Below are positions 43,638-55,227 of a stretch of DNA of 64,000 nt, one piece after another. Source of the stretch: Eledone cirrhosa (taxonomy: Eukaryota). Position numbers and translations under genes: made by a program. The stretch's first letter is position 1; every line of letters starts with the position of its first letter. The stretch spans positions 54,994,001 to 55,058,000 of the forward strand of contig OZ024742.1 of NCBI GenBank assembly GCA_964016885.1, read 5' to 3'. Under the pieces are notes generated by a model, which saw nothing but the letters and a program-made list of their open reading frames with translations, was not told where the DNA came from and searched no databases.

Positions 43638-45428
43638 TTGAAACATTCTATCTCTAACATCCTTTCCCAACACACACACACACACAATAAACGCAACCTC
43701 AACAATGCACAATTTAATACTCTCACCAACCTAAGATCCAGGAACCTTGTGTACCTTCCCTCTGACAAAGGGAAAGAATTCTGTGTCATCTCGAGAGAGA
43801 CCTACAACAACTTAGCTCTCCAACATCTTAATGACCACAGCCTCTACTCGAAAGTCACAGGGACCTCCTCGACTCTAATCGAGGAAGGCATTAACACCCT
43901 ATGGACTAACATCTGTGTCCAACGAAAACTGCCAAAGAAGGTAAAAAACAACATAATGACTCGAAACAGCAAACTACCCACCTTCTACCACCTGGTTAAA
44001 ACACATAAACAAGGACCCGATTTGAAAATCAGGCCCATTGTCTCTAGCGTGGAGGGCCCACTCTACAAAATATCGTGGCTGCTCTCCACACTACTGAAAC
44101 CCATTCTACACACACTACCAGCCCACGTCTGCAGCTCAAAGGAGGTCTTGGAGCGACTACACCATCTGGCGCCCAACACCAGAAAGGACAACGGTTATGC
44201 CTTCAGTCTTGATGTGGTCGCCCTTTATACCTCCGTACCAGCATCCCCAGCTGTCGACCTGTTGACCGAACGAGTCCGAGCATCTAACTTACACTGCTTC
44301 GGACTCACACACACGGACATCCACCAACTCCTCTCCTTCGTTGTGGATAATGCACTCTTCAATTTCCTCGGCCACACGTACAAACAAATCTCTGGGCTAC
44401 CTATGGGCTCTAGTCTGTCCGGCATACTTGCGATCTCGTACATGGACCACCTGGAGCGCAAGGCACTCAATACCTGCCAACCCAACGCCGTCGCCTTCTA
44501 CTCCAGATACGTTGATGACATCCTGATACTTACTTCTTCCCGGGAGATGGCGAATGAAATTCACCAAATCTTCAACGATACTGACCATCACGTCGATTTC
44601 ACCATCGAACACCCAGGAGAAGACGGGTCACTCGCCCTCCTCGACTTCCGTATCAACATCTCGGAAGAAGGAGACATAAACACCACCTTCTACCGCAAAG
44701 CAGCGTGCAAGGACTTATTTGTGCATTACAACTCAGCCCTCCCCAACAACGCTAAGAGATGCTATGTCCTAAATGAACTGACACGGATCACTAACAGATG
44801 CAGCGACCCGATGGGTGTTCTCACCCATACCACGCAATTCCGTAATCTACTCAGATCTAATGGTTATCCCAAGCGACTGATTAACGGTATTAGAGACCCC
44901 AGACCCAATAGACAGACACCCACTAGAAACTTAAATAAAAGCAGGTGCTTCTTTAAAATCCCCCACCTGAGTGAATATACCACGAACGCCATCCGCAGGG
45001 CCATACGGACGGAGGGACTTGACATACATTTGGCCCACACAGGACCTTCGCTGCGAAGATGCCTCTCCAACAAACCCGACGAGTCAGATGGGACGTGTTC
45101 CCTCAGCAACTGCCCGATACGGGGGGCAGATTGCCTACGCACCTATGTCGCATATAAGATTCAATGCGATAAATGTAACAAGTTTTACATAGGTAGCACC
45201 ATCCGACCCCTACATGTTCGTATCAAGGAACATATCAACACCAACGCATCTTCCTTCCGTAAACACATCCTTAAATGCGGAAACCCACAGGGTAGACCCT
45301 TGGTCACAGTCCTAGCGACTGAACGCAGCATCGGATCCTTAAGGATAAAGGAAGCACTTGTTATTAAGAACCTCAGACCCCCACTTAACAACCGGGCTGA
45401 GAGAAATGAGCTGACATGGCTAACTTAA
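43638..45428 (+). CDS. PLE reverse transcriptase - GIY-YIG endonuclease polyprotein (596-aa open segment)
   Basis: PSDKG, FYHLVKTHK, IRPIVS, SLDVVALYTSV, QISGLPMGS, RYVDD, LALLD, YRK, CSLSNCPIRGADC linker, AYKIQC..C..FYIGST...RIKEH, E...I...PPLN. Confidence 0.93.
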   Translation: MKHSISNILSQHTHTHNKRNLNNAQFNTLTNLRSRNLVYLPSDKGKEFCVISRETYNNLALQHLNDHSLYSKVTGTSSTLIEEGINTLWTNICVQRKLPKKVKNNIMTRNSKLPTFYHLVKTHKQGPDLKIRPIVSSVEGPLYKISWLLSTLLKPILHTLPAHVCSSKEVLERLHHLAPNTRKDNGYAFSLDVVALYTSVPASPAVDLLTERVRASNLHCFGLTHTDIHQLLSFVVDNALFNFLGHTYKQISGLPMGSSLSGILAISYMDHLERKALNTCQPNAVAFYSRYVDDILILTSSREMANEIHQIFNDTDHHVDFTIEHPGEDGSLALLDFRINISEEGDINTTFYRKAACKDLFVHYNSALPNNAKRCYVLNELTRITNRCSDPMGVLTHTTQFRNLLRSNGYPKRLINGIRDPRPNRQTPTRNLNKSRCFFKIPHLSEYTTNAIRRAIRTEGLDIHLAHTGPSLRRCLSNKPDESDGTCSLSNCPIRGADCLRTYVAYKIQCDKCNKFYIGSTIRPLHVRIKEHINTNASSFRKHILKCGNPQGRPLVTVLATERSIGSLRIKEALVIKNLRPPLNNRAERNELTWLT

Positions 45429-46030
45429 CCATAGTGACCATTCACAGCCTACGGCCTGCTATCTTCACACACACGCACGTATATGCATACCCATACGCAT
45501 ACACACACACATCTATATTTATACACGCACACATGTTTTTACAACCTACCACCTTTCACACCCTTTGATTTCCAGCTTCTACAGCCCACTATCTTTCACA
45601 TACACACGCACTCACACATATACACACACAGTTACACACACATGTTTACCCATACGCTTACACACACACATCTATATTTATACACGCACACATGTTTTAC
45701 AACCTACCACCTTTCACACCCTTTGATTTCCAGCTTCTACAGCCCACTATCTTTCACACACACACACACTCACACATATACACACTTACACTTATACACA
45801 CACAGTTACACACATATATATTTACACACACATATTTTACGGCTTTCACACGCTAGCGCATCCTCTTGATTTAACCCATTTGGTCAGTAGCTTTTGCCAC
45901 AGCCTATCACGCGCACGCGCATTCTTTCCCTCGTTTAAATTTTAAATAATTTTCTCCCCATAACGGCATTCCTGTCTTAACGACATCACAACTTTCTCCG
46001 CTTGGCCTGTTCTCCCCCTTTTGGAACTTT

Positions 46031-46066
46031 TCCCCCGTTGATGGGCGTGAGCCCGAAATATTGGGA
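46031..46066 (+). ncRNA. Degenerate minimal hammerhead in the PLE pLTR
   Basis: UCCC CCGUUGA u GGGC-guga-GCCC GAAA UAUU GGGA. Two substitutions relative to CUGAUGA. Confidence 0.55.
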
Positions 46067-46257
46067 TTAAATCTCCACTACGGTAACCCTTCTACCTTTG
46101 TTTTGTTTTCATCTTTGTCTCTCTCAATTTTCACTTTCACCTGTTTCTCCTATCTATCATTCTCTTCCTACCTCGAGATTCCCCTCTGCATTGTTGTGGC
46201 TTTCTTAACTACGTATTTTACACATTTCACAATGCTTCAAGCAAACTTTAACACCCT

Positions 46258-46295
<38 letters not shown>

Positions 46296-46302
46296 TATAT
46301 AC

Positions 46303-46375
<73 letters not shown>

Positions 46376-46410
46376 TTATAAGAATCAAAGAACTGTTCAA
46401 AACATTTTTA

Positions 46411-46457
46411 TGCTTACAACTGTTTCCTCCAAACCGAGGTTTGGATTCTTCGGAGCA
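46411..46457 (-). ncRNA. Minimal hammerhead (U4C) next to (TA)n
   Basis: Minus strand: UGCU CCGAAGA a-UCCAAACC-uc-GGUUUGGA-g GAAA CAGUUG UA/ AGCA. Confidence 0.7.
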
Positions 46458-47727
46458 ATTTATTAATGAATGAACACTTATATGACCTCCTTTTCACCCA
46501 AGAGACATACAGATACATATGCAAATATTGTGGGACAACATTCATTGCAGCATTTAGAGTGGCAGTACACACTTAGAGATTACATTCATATTAAAAGATA
46601 CAATAAAAAATACAAGTTAAAATACAACATGAAAATAAGCGGTTATATAGTGCAAAGGTTATATGTGTGGCAAGCACGTGCGTCTTGTTTATATAGGTGT
46701 GGCAGACAGTTACGTGTAGTAGAAGCACTTAAGTAGGTAAACAAGAGTGTTAGGTTGGTTGATCTAGTGACAAATTCTTTATATGATTGTTATAGTCTGT
46801 GTGTGGAGAAATAATATAAGCATTAAAAATAGTGCAAGCATTAAAAATATTAAAAATATTGGAAATGCGCAGCGAAGGGATGATATGGACTTCATGTACT
46901 TCGACATTTTCATAGTCTGGGGAGTGTATTTTTCAGATTATATGCCCCTCACATAATCCACGACGATTCGATATTGAGCGTTTGACAATCCAGTTAGAGA
47001 ATCGTAGTCTGATGTTCTTTAGTTCAATACAGGAGGATGTTACGTTTCGAGAATCGACACCGAAATACTACCCGGAAGTGTGTGTGTAGATAAGGGGAGT
47101 TAATGCATGAGGGGAGGTAACTCCGAGGTTTCTATTACTAACTACTAAAATGTGTCTCAAAATAGACCCTAACTTCTACGGTTATGCGAAATTTCTAAAA
47201 AAATTTCTAAAATTTAAAGTGTTTCAACTATAGAGTAGTCTATTAAGTTGTGCTGAAGGTGTTCGTATTATTATGGTGATTAGCCCCAATCGTAGAGTGC
47301 CACAAATGAATATTATAGGCGACGAGCGAGGATTCTAAATTAATGATCTCTGTGGTTGCAGTCTACTCAAATGACCAGGCGCGGTGATTGCAGTATCACT
47401 TCAACACACAATGATCTCTGATAAGTTCTGGGTCATCGCTTGCTACATTGGATGTCGAAAGATAATCATCATACAGGAATAATAATAAATTTGAAGACGA
47501 AAATCGAAAGAGGGCTCGATAAGGATAAATATATATCAAATATATAATATATAAGAACCGTAGAGCAAATATTTAGTAAAATAACAGATTAAAGTTTAAG
47601 CAAAGAATTGCTGCTTTCACCCTTAACGGGATCTTCTGAAACAAAAAGGTCAATCTGTGAACGCAGAAGTAAATATTTCTAAAAACGTTGCAACCGAAGG
47701 AAGACAGGAATACGATACTTTGGTTCG

Positions 47728-47990
47728 TGGAAACGTTCCCTGGCAAAAAAGCGAAGACAATACGCCATTATTTGGTGTGGTGAAAACAATTACATCAAAG
47801 ACAAAACCACGTTTATGGTATAAATGAAGTCGTAGACTAATATTCTATTAGGTGGTTGATGGAGACGTTCTCTCACAATGAACGGTGAAAACGAAGATAA
47901 TACGTCACTATGTGGTGCGATGTGAACAAATACACGCAAAGACAAAACCATGTAAATGGTATGACTGAAGTCGTAGACTAAAATTCTATT
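47728..47990. repeat. Diverged ~140-bp tandem duplication
   Basis: cgaaga(c/t)aatacg...caaagacaaaacca...tgaagtcgtagactaa.attctatt occurs twice. Confidence 0.8.
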
Positions 47991-50900
47991 CAGGAAACCG
48001 AATGATTCGCGACTTCAGAGTTAAGAATAAAGTAAATAAAATACAGAGGTAATTGAAATTAAATATATACATACACAAGCATACCCGAAAACACTCGCCA
48101 TGGGTGTGAAAAAACAAGCACGTACACAAAAACACACACCCGCACATACAGAACACACACAACGCCACTACCCGCACACATACGAACGTATACACCAAAT
48201 ACACATTATATATATATAAAAATATATATATATGTATGTGTGTGTTTGTGTGTATACATATAATTAAATGAACGTATATAAATATACATGCATAAATACG
48301 CGTATAACGCGAGCACACATATACCTACACGTAAATACACAAAAGTTCGCAGACGCACGTGAACCAAAACATGAAGTACACATATACACACACCGTACAT
48401 TCGTACGAACCCGCATACTCACACAGACGCAAAATTCACGTATACACATAACCAAATTCACATGTATCCGTATATATAATATATACGCCATAACAAATAC
48501 AAGCAAACATACGTACGAGAAAGTATACGTACCTTCACAAAACATACAGGTAATAAATATTTATCTATACAAATAAGTTATGGTATAAACATAACATATA
48601 CTTAGCTACCACATCAATACGTAAAATATCCGCGTATAGTTCGTACTATCCGTTAGTGTATAATGTGGGGCTGTAATACAAGAAAGTTTTGTGCAATTTA
48701 TGTTTACAAGCCGAAATTGCCTCAGATTTTTTGTTTAAGATGTGGTCTTTGGCTTAAAGTATTTCTAGGGCTTCAGTGGCGCAGAGGTCACAAGGTCTTT
48801 TATTTGCGTTATACGATCTAGCCCTAACTAGGATCTCTCAGTGTAACTTATATTGGGTGTGGTTGTTTTTTAGACTCCAGATATAAGCTGAAAGTGACGT
48901 CATATTCCTTCTTAAAGGGTTAAGAAAAGAATGGGTATGCATGTAAAGACAATGCTTGAATCTATTGGCGGTTAATCCTAAATCTGAGGCAATTTCGGCT
49001 TGTAGTACAAGTTGTAAGAGGAGAACAATTTGTAGATTCAAATATTTTGTTCCAACAATGAAAATGTTTTCAGAATATTGATAATTTAGCGAAGTTATAT
49101 AGTTTATCATACATATTATAATGTTTATGTTTGCTCGATTGAAAAGGAAAAGATAACTCCAATCTTGTTTGATAACCGTTAAATTTGGTGAATGATTTAC
49201 TCAGAAAATATGTAAAGAAAATTATATATTATTTTGTGTGAGATTAATTTTTTCAAGGATGAGAGTTTCAATTATATATTATTTTAGTCGAAAGATGTGT
49301 GAAAAGTTTGAAGATCAAAGAAGAGGGAAAACGTATTGTGCATTTCGAAGAACTATCGTAAAGAGGATAATTTTCAGAATGTCAATTAAAGATTATCAAT
49401 CTACATCTAAAAAATAGATTTAGAGGAGTATCATTAGGAAAATAGAGTAGAATCGAGACGTATCCGAGGACAGCGCGATTTCAGAGTCAGGTTTGATCAC
49501 CACATCGATCGTGCCTCGAGCTGGTCGTCCGAGAAACAATTGTAATATGTCCAATAAATTTCTCTCGTGGCAACACTAATTCTCTTTTCTCTGTTATATC
49601 ATACTGTGCTCTACGAGGACATCGAGTGCTCATACGGCCTACCGCATACGGACGCTTTAAGCAACCAACACCAATTATATATATATATATATATAGCAGT
49701 AAGTTTTCATACACCAGTTAAATGCATTATAATTGGCAGTGGGCGAAGTGGATTACGCAATAAAAAAAGTATCTTTTGAAGGGAAATATGTTTATGTATA
49801 TCTCACCAATATTTTTATCTTTTCAGAAGTTGTTTTTTCAGATTACAGTATACAGGTCTGTGTTAACACCTATACAGATTTGAATCCCAATGTCTATTAG
49901 AATTTTCAAAACATCTGCTGGAGCTGCCGGTATTCCCGTATCAATGGAACACATTTAACTTTTATCTGCTGGACAGTTCTTAGTTATGTGAACAATCTCA
50001 GATCAATATTCTTACTTTCTTTTGATGTAACTCTGCTACCTGTGGTAGATCAACATTTACGACGAACTTTTATCACTAGAAATCAGTTTCTGTATCGATT
50101 TCCTATTTACCTTCAAGCCGTTTACTAGGCCTTTATCGATATCTTCAGTTTTGAATTTCTCCAATATTTCATACATATGATTAAGACTTACGTCTCCTTT
50201 CTGGCAAGGATGACATCTGTTTTACTGTCTTCTGTAACTTATATATCGTTTCAAGAAATTGTGTAATGACTAACACCAGACATATTAATTTTGTGTCTGT
50301 TATCTTTTGTAGTTTAACATATACTTAGGGCTTTTCGGTACCAACTACTATCTTTCCTAACCTCAACTCAATTATAAAGATTGTTTTTTTCGTATTTACG
50401 TTGCTGTTGTTTCATTGCACATATTAGCTCCTCCATTCCCACATTCAAACACTATTGTTCAGCCTATGTATACTATCCATGCACACACATCATTTACTGG
50501 GACAAAACTCTGTCAGCACTGCAATAGCTCTTACACAAAGATGATGTCTGTCGATAGGCAGCAAATTAGGATATTTGATAGAATATTTGACATTTATGCT
50601 GGTACTCTGAATTCTGAGTTCCAATCCCAACGGCGTCAACTTCGCACTTTAAAATAGCATTACCCGTCCAAAGCGGTGAATTGCTGAGGTTGTTAGAAAT
50701 CGGATGAGATACCTTTCTGATGTTGTTTAGGAACTGTCCCCTTCGGGTATCAAAGGCCACCGGTGGCCTGGTGTAGCCACAGGAACTCCGAAGAATATAA
50801 TATTATAATACATGCATAGTTTGAAGATTCTATCGAACTTATCAATATTCAACTTGAAAGTTCTTTAATTTTCTATCCGATATTTCATTTCTACTATTCA

Positions 50901-51022
50901 AAAAAGTTTTATTCCATTTTATCCTGTTTCATCTCATCATATTTTGCTCCTTTCAACTGCATAAATATTTCACTCTTTCAACAACCTTGTTTCCAGTTTA
51001 TTGGGTTTCTACTTGTTTTCGT

Positions 51023-51435
51023 ATATTTACGACAGCCTCAGTACACCATTTATACCTATCATACCTCAATCATAAAAATATGTTTTCAAAGACTTCATTT
51101 TTTTAAAGAGCATTGGTGTAATATTTCAAAAGATTCCATTATATTACAAGAATAGTACGTCAGATGGATTCAACTCACATTCATACATTCATATGAGGTT
51201 TTGCAATATAAAAGCGAGTGCATCATATGATCGCCAAGTAGAAAATTAAATGATGGATATACAAAGAAGATAATATATCAAATTTGTTTTTCATCTTCAT
51301 CTCAGTACACAACTATATCATATACATCATTTTAGACGATTATATTATATTATTCATTCGACAAAATTGCATAGGGCCAAACATAGCTCTGGTTAAGTAG
51401 TTTGCTTCGCAAGCACGTGGATTCCGATTGTGTCT
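51023..51435. repeat. Left arm of a 413-bp inverted repeat (right arm 53544-53956)
   Basis: Near-identical reverse complements; only about 4 differences seen. Confidence 0.95.
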
Positions 51436-51720
51436 GACATCAAGTGTTGACATCAACTTGGTGTCAACTTTGTAAGAAAAATACAAGAGAAGGAGGACAT
51501 CTACGGACCATTGATGAGGAGTTTGCAGATCCAGTATCCAAGATACACCTTCAGCTTCATACCCATCATTATTGGAGCGACAGGTTATATACCCTTCCGC
51601 TTGGACCAAAGTATAACTGAAGTTGTATTTGTGGACAAAGAGCGGAGCTTCCTAATTTAAAGAGGACAAATGGCTCTGATATCTGGCACCTTCAACATTT
51701 GCAAAATTTTTCTGGTGATT
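51436..51720 (+). mobile_element. RLE-type non-LTR (R2/R4-group) C-terminal fragment
   Basis: Translates IQEKEDIYGPLMRSLQIQYPRYTFSFIPIIIGATGYIP, resembling the K..Y..L...PIVIGALG endonuclease tail. Confidence 0.6.
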
Positions 51721-51826
51721 CAAGGGAGTATAATTTCTTTTCTTTTACAACATTGCCACCAGGAAGGTGGTCGGCCAAATATGTACTCGAAATTAAGAGA
51801 AAGAGAAATATACATACATATATACA

Positions 51827-53430
51827 TACATGGTGGCTGCCAACTCGTTTTCGAGTACGGCCACTAATTTATATCCATGTAGGAGAACCCCTACCGATGC
51901 GCTGAACGAGTGTGACTTTTCAGTCCAGCCAGCGACTTGAAAACTCTGGTACAAACACTACACTTGTGACAATTACTGACACATAGTGCTGGGCCCATGG
52001 TACCATGTGATGACAAGTGCAGAGAGATCTCCAGATATAAAGCAATGCCTGTGCTGTGAAGCTTTTATAGTGAGCAAAGGAATTGCACAAAGCCAGTCCC
52101 ACTCCCTTAACGAAGATGATATTTACCAAAAAGAAGAACAAGTCGACATCACTGGATACATACATACGTACATGGTGGGGGCTGCCAACTCGTTTTCGAG
52201 TACGGCCACTACTTTATATCCATGTAGGAGAACTCCTACCAATGCGCTGAACGAATGTGACTTTAGTCCAGCCAGCGACTTGAAAACTCTGGTGCAAACA
52301 CTACACCTGTGACAATTATTGACACAGTGCTAGGACAATGGTACCATGTGACGACAAGTGCAGAGAGATCTCCAGATATAAAGCAATGCCTGTGCCGTGA
52401 AGCTTTTATAGTGAGCAAAGACACTGCACAAAGCCAGTCCCACTCTCTTAACCAAAATGATATTTACTAAAAAGAAGAACATGTCAACATCATTGGATAC
52501 CATCAGAGTTGCAGGTGTTATATCAGAGTTTTCCTTCTCCTAGAATTCTGCCTTGACAAAGGCTAAGGGGTCATCTCTCCCAGTGATTTTGGATGGCCAT
52601 TGACTCTTAAGAGCTCCTTTGCCCTTTGACAGGTTTTGTTTTTAGTCCGGCAGGATTTCCAAAGTCTCCCTCCTCACCAAAAAACCTTGGTGGGATTGCC
52701 AGTTTAGTCGCCAACGACCCGACCATGAGACATACATACATACATACATACATACATACATACATACATACATACATACATACATACATACATACATGGT
52801 GGCTGCCAACTCGTTTTCGACTACGGCCACTACTTTATATCCATGTAGGAGAACCCCTACCGATGCGCTGAACGAGTGTGACTTTTTAGTCCAGCCAGCG
52901 ACTTGAAAACTCTGGTACAAACACTACACCTGTGACAATTATTGACACATAGTGCTGGGCCCATGGTACCATGTGACGACAAGTGCAGAGAGATCTCCAG
53001 ATACAAAGCAATGCCTGTGCTGTGAAGCTTTTATAGTGAGCAAAGGCACTGCACAAAGCCAGTCCCACTCTCTTAACCAAGATGATATTTACCAAAAAGA
53101 AGAACAATTCAACATCATTGGATACCATCAGGGTTGCAGGTGTTGTATCAGAGTTTTCCTTCCCCTAGAATTCTGCCTTGACAAAGGCTAAGGGGTCATC
53201 TCTCCCGGTGATTTTGGATGGCTATTGACTCTTAAGAGCCCCTTTGCCTTTTGACAGGTTTTGTTTTTAGTCCTGCAGGATGTCCAAAGCCACCCTCCTC
53301 ACCAAGGAACCTTGGTGGGGTTGCCAGTTTAGTCGCCAACGATCCGACCTTGAGACAGGTTGTACTGGGATACATGTTACCAGTAGCACCAACTGGTGAC
53401 CTGACATACATACATACATACATACATACA

Positions 53431-53461
<31 letters not shown>
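51827..53461 (-). mobile_element. Three head-to-tail copies of a non-coding, probably RTE-derived retroposon separated by (CATA)n
   Basis: Copies at ~51827-52157, 52170-52729 and 52793-53403 share one end (acatggtggctgccaactcg) and are variably truncated at the other. The minus strand carries an RTE-like ggaaggaaaactctga motif. Confidence 0.75.
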
Positions 53462-53543
53462 GCCTCTAACCGAGTTTCTTCTATAAAATTGTACTGCATT
53501 GGGCGCTCGGAGTAAACAGTGTAAGAGACATGACTAATGTAAA

Positions 53544-53956
53544 AGACACAATCGGAATCCACGTGCTTGCGAAGCAAACTACTTAACCAGAGCTATGTTT
53601 GGCCCTATGCAATTTTGTCGAATGAATAATATAATATAATCGTCTAAAATGATGTATATGATATAGTTGTGTACTGAGATGAAGATGAAAAACAAATTTG
53701 ATATATTATCTTCTTTGTATATCCACCAGTTAATTTTCTACTTGGCAATCATATGATGCACTCGCTTTTATATTGCAAAACCTCATATGAACGTATGAAT
53801 GTGAGTTGAATCCATCTGACGTACTATTCTTGTAATATAATGGAATCTTTTGAAATATTACACCAATGCTCTTTAAAAAAATGAAGTCTTTGAAAACATA
53901 TTTTTATGATTGAGGTATGATAGGTATAAATGGTGTACTGAGGCTGTCGTAAATAT
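53544..53956. repeat. Right arm of the 413-bp inverted repeat
   Basis: Reverse complement of 51023-51435. Confidence 0.95.
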
Positions 53957-53964
53957 TATATGTA

Positions 53965-54427
53965 TATATACATACAAATGTACGTATTGTATATTTAACA
54001 ATATTCGATATGTTTATGAAAAATAGTTTGAAGATCTTTCGGTATGAAGTAATTTTATGACGAACGTTATATACATAGCTTCAGCAAATACGGGGGGAAT
54101 TAATCGACTATGCCACCGCTTCTTACTCACAAGTGGATGTCAAGACGACATAACTACCCTCATTTGTTGAAGCTAAAATAAGCTTGACTCTTATAAAATT
54201 CTGCTTATGCTTATGAGCTGCTAAAACTCATTTGCATTTGGAGCGGTTGCCGGTATAGCTTTAATTTAAATTTTGTATTGGTGCTCCGAAATAGCAGTAT
54301 ACATATGAATGTCCGTGATGTTTAATTATCAATTTACGCTATATTTATGAAAAACATCGACGATGCCACCGTTTCTCTCTCATGAGTGATTGTCAAGTCT
54401 ACATATCACCATGATGTTGCCGAAGCA
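53965..54427 (-). repeat. Diverged ~1.5-copy relative of the 310-bp retrozyme unit with two HHR remnants (54101-54150, 54356-54402)
   Basis: Shares gagcggttgccggt, tgctc.gaaatagc and tatgtttat...tttgaaga with the 310 unit. The minus strand reads UGUAGAC UUGACAA UCACUcaugAGAGA GAAA CGGUGgCAUCG UC/ GAU. Confidence 0.8.
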
Positions 54428-55077
54428 TATATATGTATATATATGGGAAGAGAGTTAGGATGCCGACGGCTGAGCTCCGGCATTTTCAACAGCTAGATGC
54501 GAGTTCTTTTTTCTAAATGCCAGTCCTTTTTCTTTTCTTCTTCTTGCCTTTATCTCTTCCTATCACTCCCTCCCACCCCCTCTCCTCTTCCTTTTCCTTT
54601 TTCCTCTTCCGCCCACTCCAAGGCAGCCCATCGTGATTCTCTAGCCTCAGTATCCCCAGTAAATTATATATAGCATTGGCCGAAAACATAATACCAACTA
54701 AATATAGCAGCTGATTTAGACTCTAGAGATTTTTTTTATTACTTTTTACTATTCAATTTTATTATTTTTATATATTCTTTTATTCATATATTATCTTTCA
54801 TCTCAATTTATTAACCTATTCTATAACGTCCCCTCTCTAACTTTTCCAGAATCCTTTTTCGCCTGCTTCCTAACTAGCCTAATATCATACACACTCCTTA
54901 GAATTTGGTGTATAGAATTCACTTTCAACGCTTGACCGGCTCCACCCACTCCCTCATTATTCTACAGACAAGTTCAGCCACCCCACCTCCCACCCACTGC
55001 CATGAAAGATTTAATTGTGTTCACAAGAAATTTTGACCAATCCTTTTGACAATTACAATCTTCCTATATAAGGAATT

Positions 55078-55173
55078 ACCCCTTGAAAAGTTCGGCTATT
55101 TATTTAGCACGCTAAAAATTCTAATTTAGTCCAGATATAGCCGTCGAAACGGCTTGAGCTCTGCCGTCGGGGT
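55078..55173 (+). ncRNA. Type I hammerhead (U3-A8) with extended stems II and III, at the end of a TA-flanked pLTR-like element (~54445-55185)
   Basis: ACCCC/GGGGU stem I, UUGAAAA 55083-89, CGGCUAU/AUAGCCG stem II, GAAA 55146-49, ACGGC..GAGCUC..GCCGU stem III, GUC 55166-68. A diverged inverted partial copy lies at 54462-54500. Confidence 0.85.
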
Positions 55174-55183
55174 TAAACATTGT

Positions 55184-55227
<44 letters not shown>

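Larger units (their letters stand above)
43123..46260 (+). mobile_element. Penelope-like retroelement (C-terminal GIY-YIG, Neptune-like Cys linker), 5'-truncated, inserted in (TA)n
   Basis: Coding remnants from ~43123 including LTNDELELLRLGPKF at ~43372. Frame changes at poly-C runs (~43307, ~43587). Long ORF to 45428, 3' UTR with a 159-bp duplication and an HHR-like motif. (TA)n on both sides. Confidence 0.93.

Noticed and set aside
49840-50400. Possible very old RT fragment on the minus strand
   Set aside because: Only vague peptide resemblance with many stops; cannot be supported without a profile search.
52566-52578. ggggtcatctc shared between the CATA-tailed retroposon and the 615 unit
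   Set aside because: An isolated short match of about 11-12 nt with no flanking similarity; likely chance.
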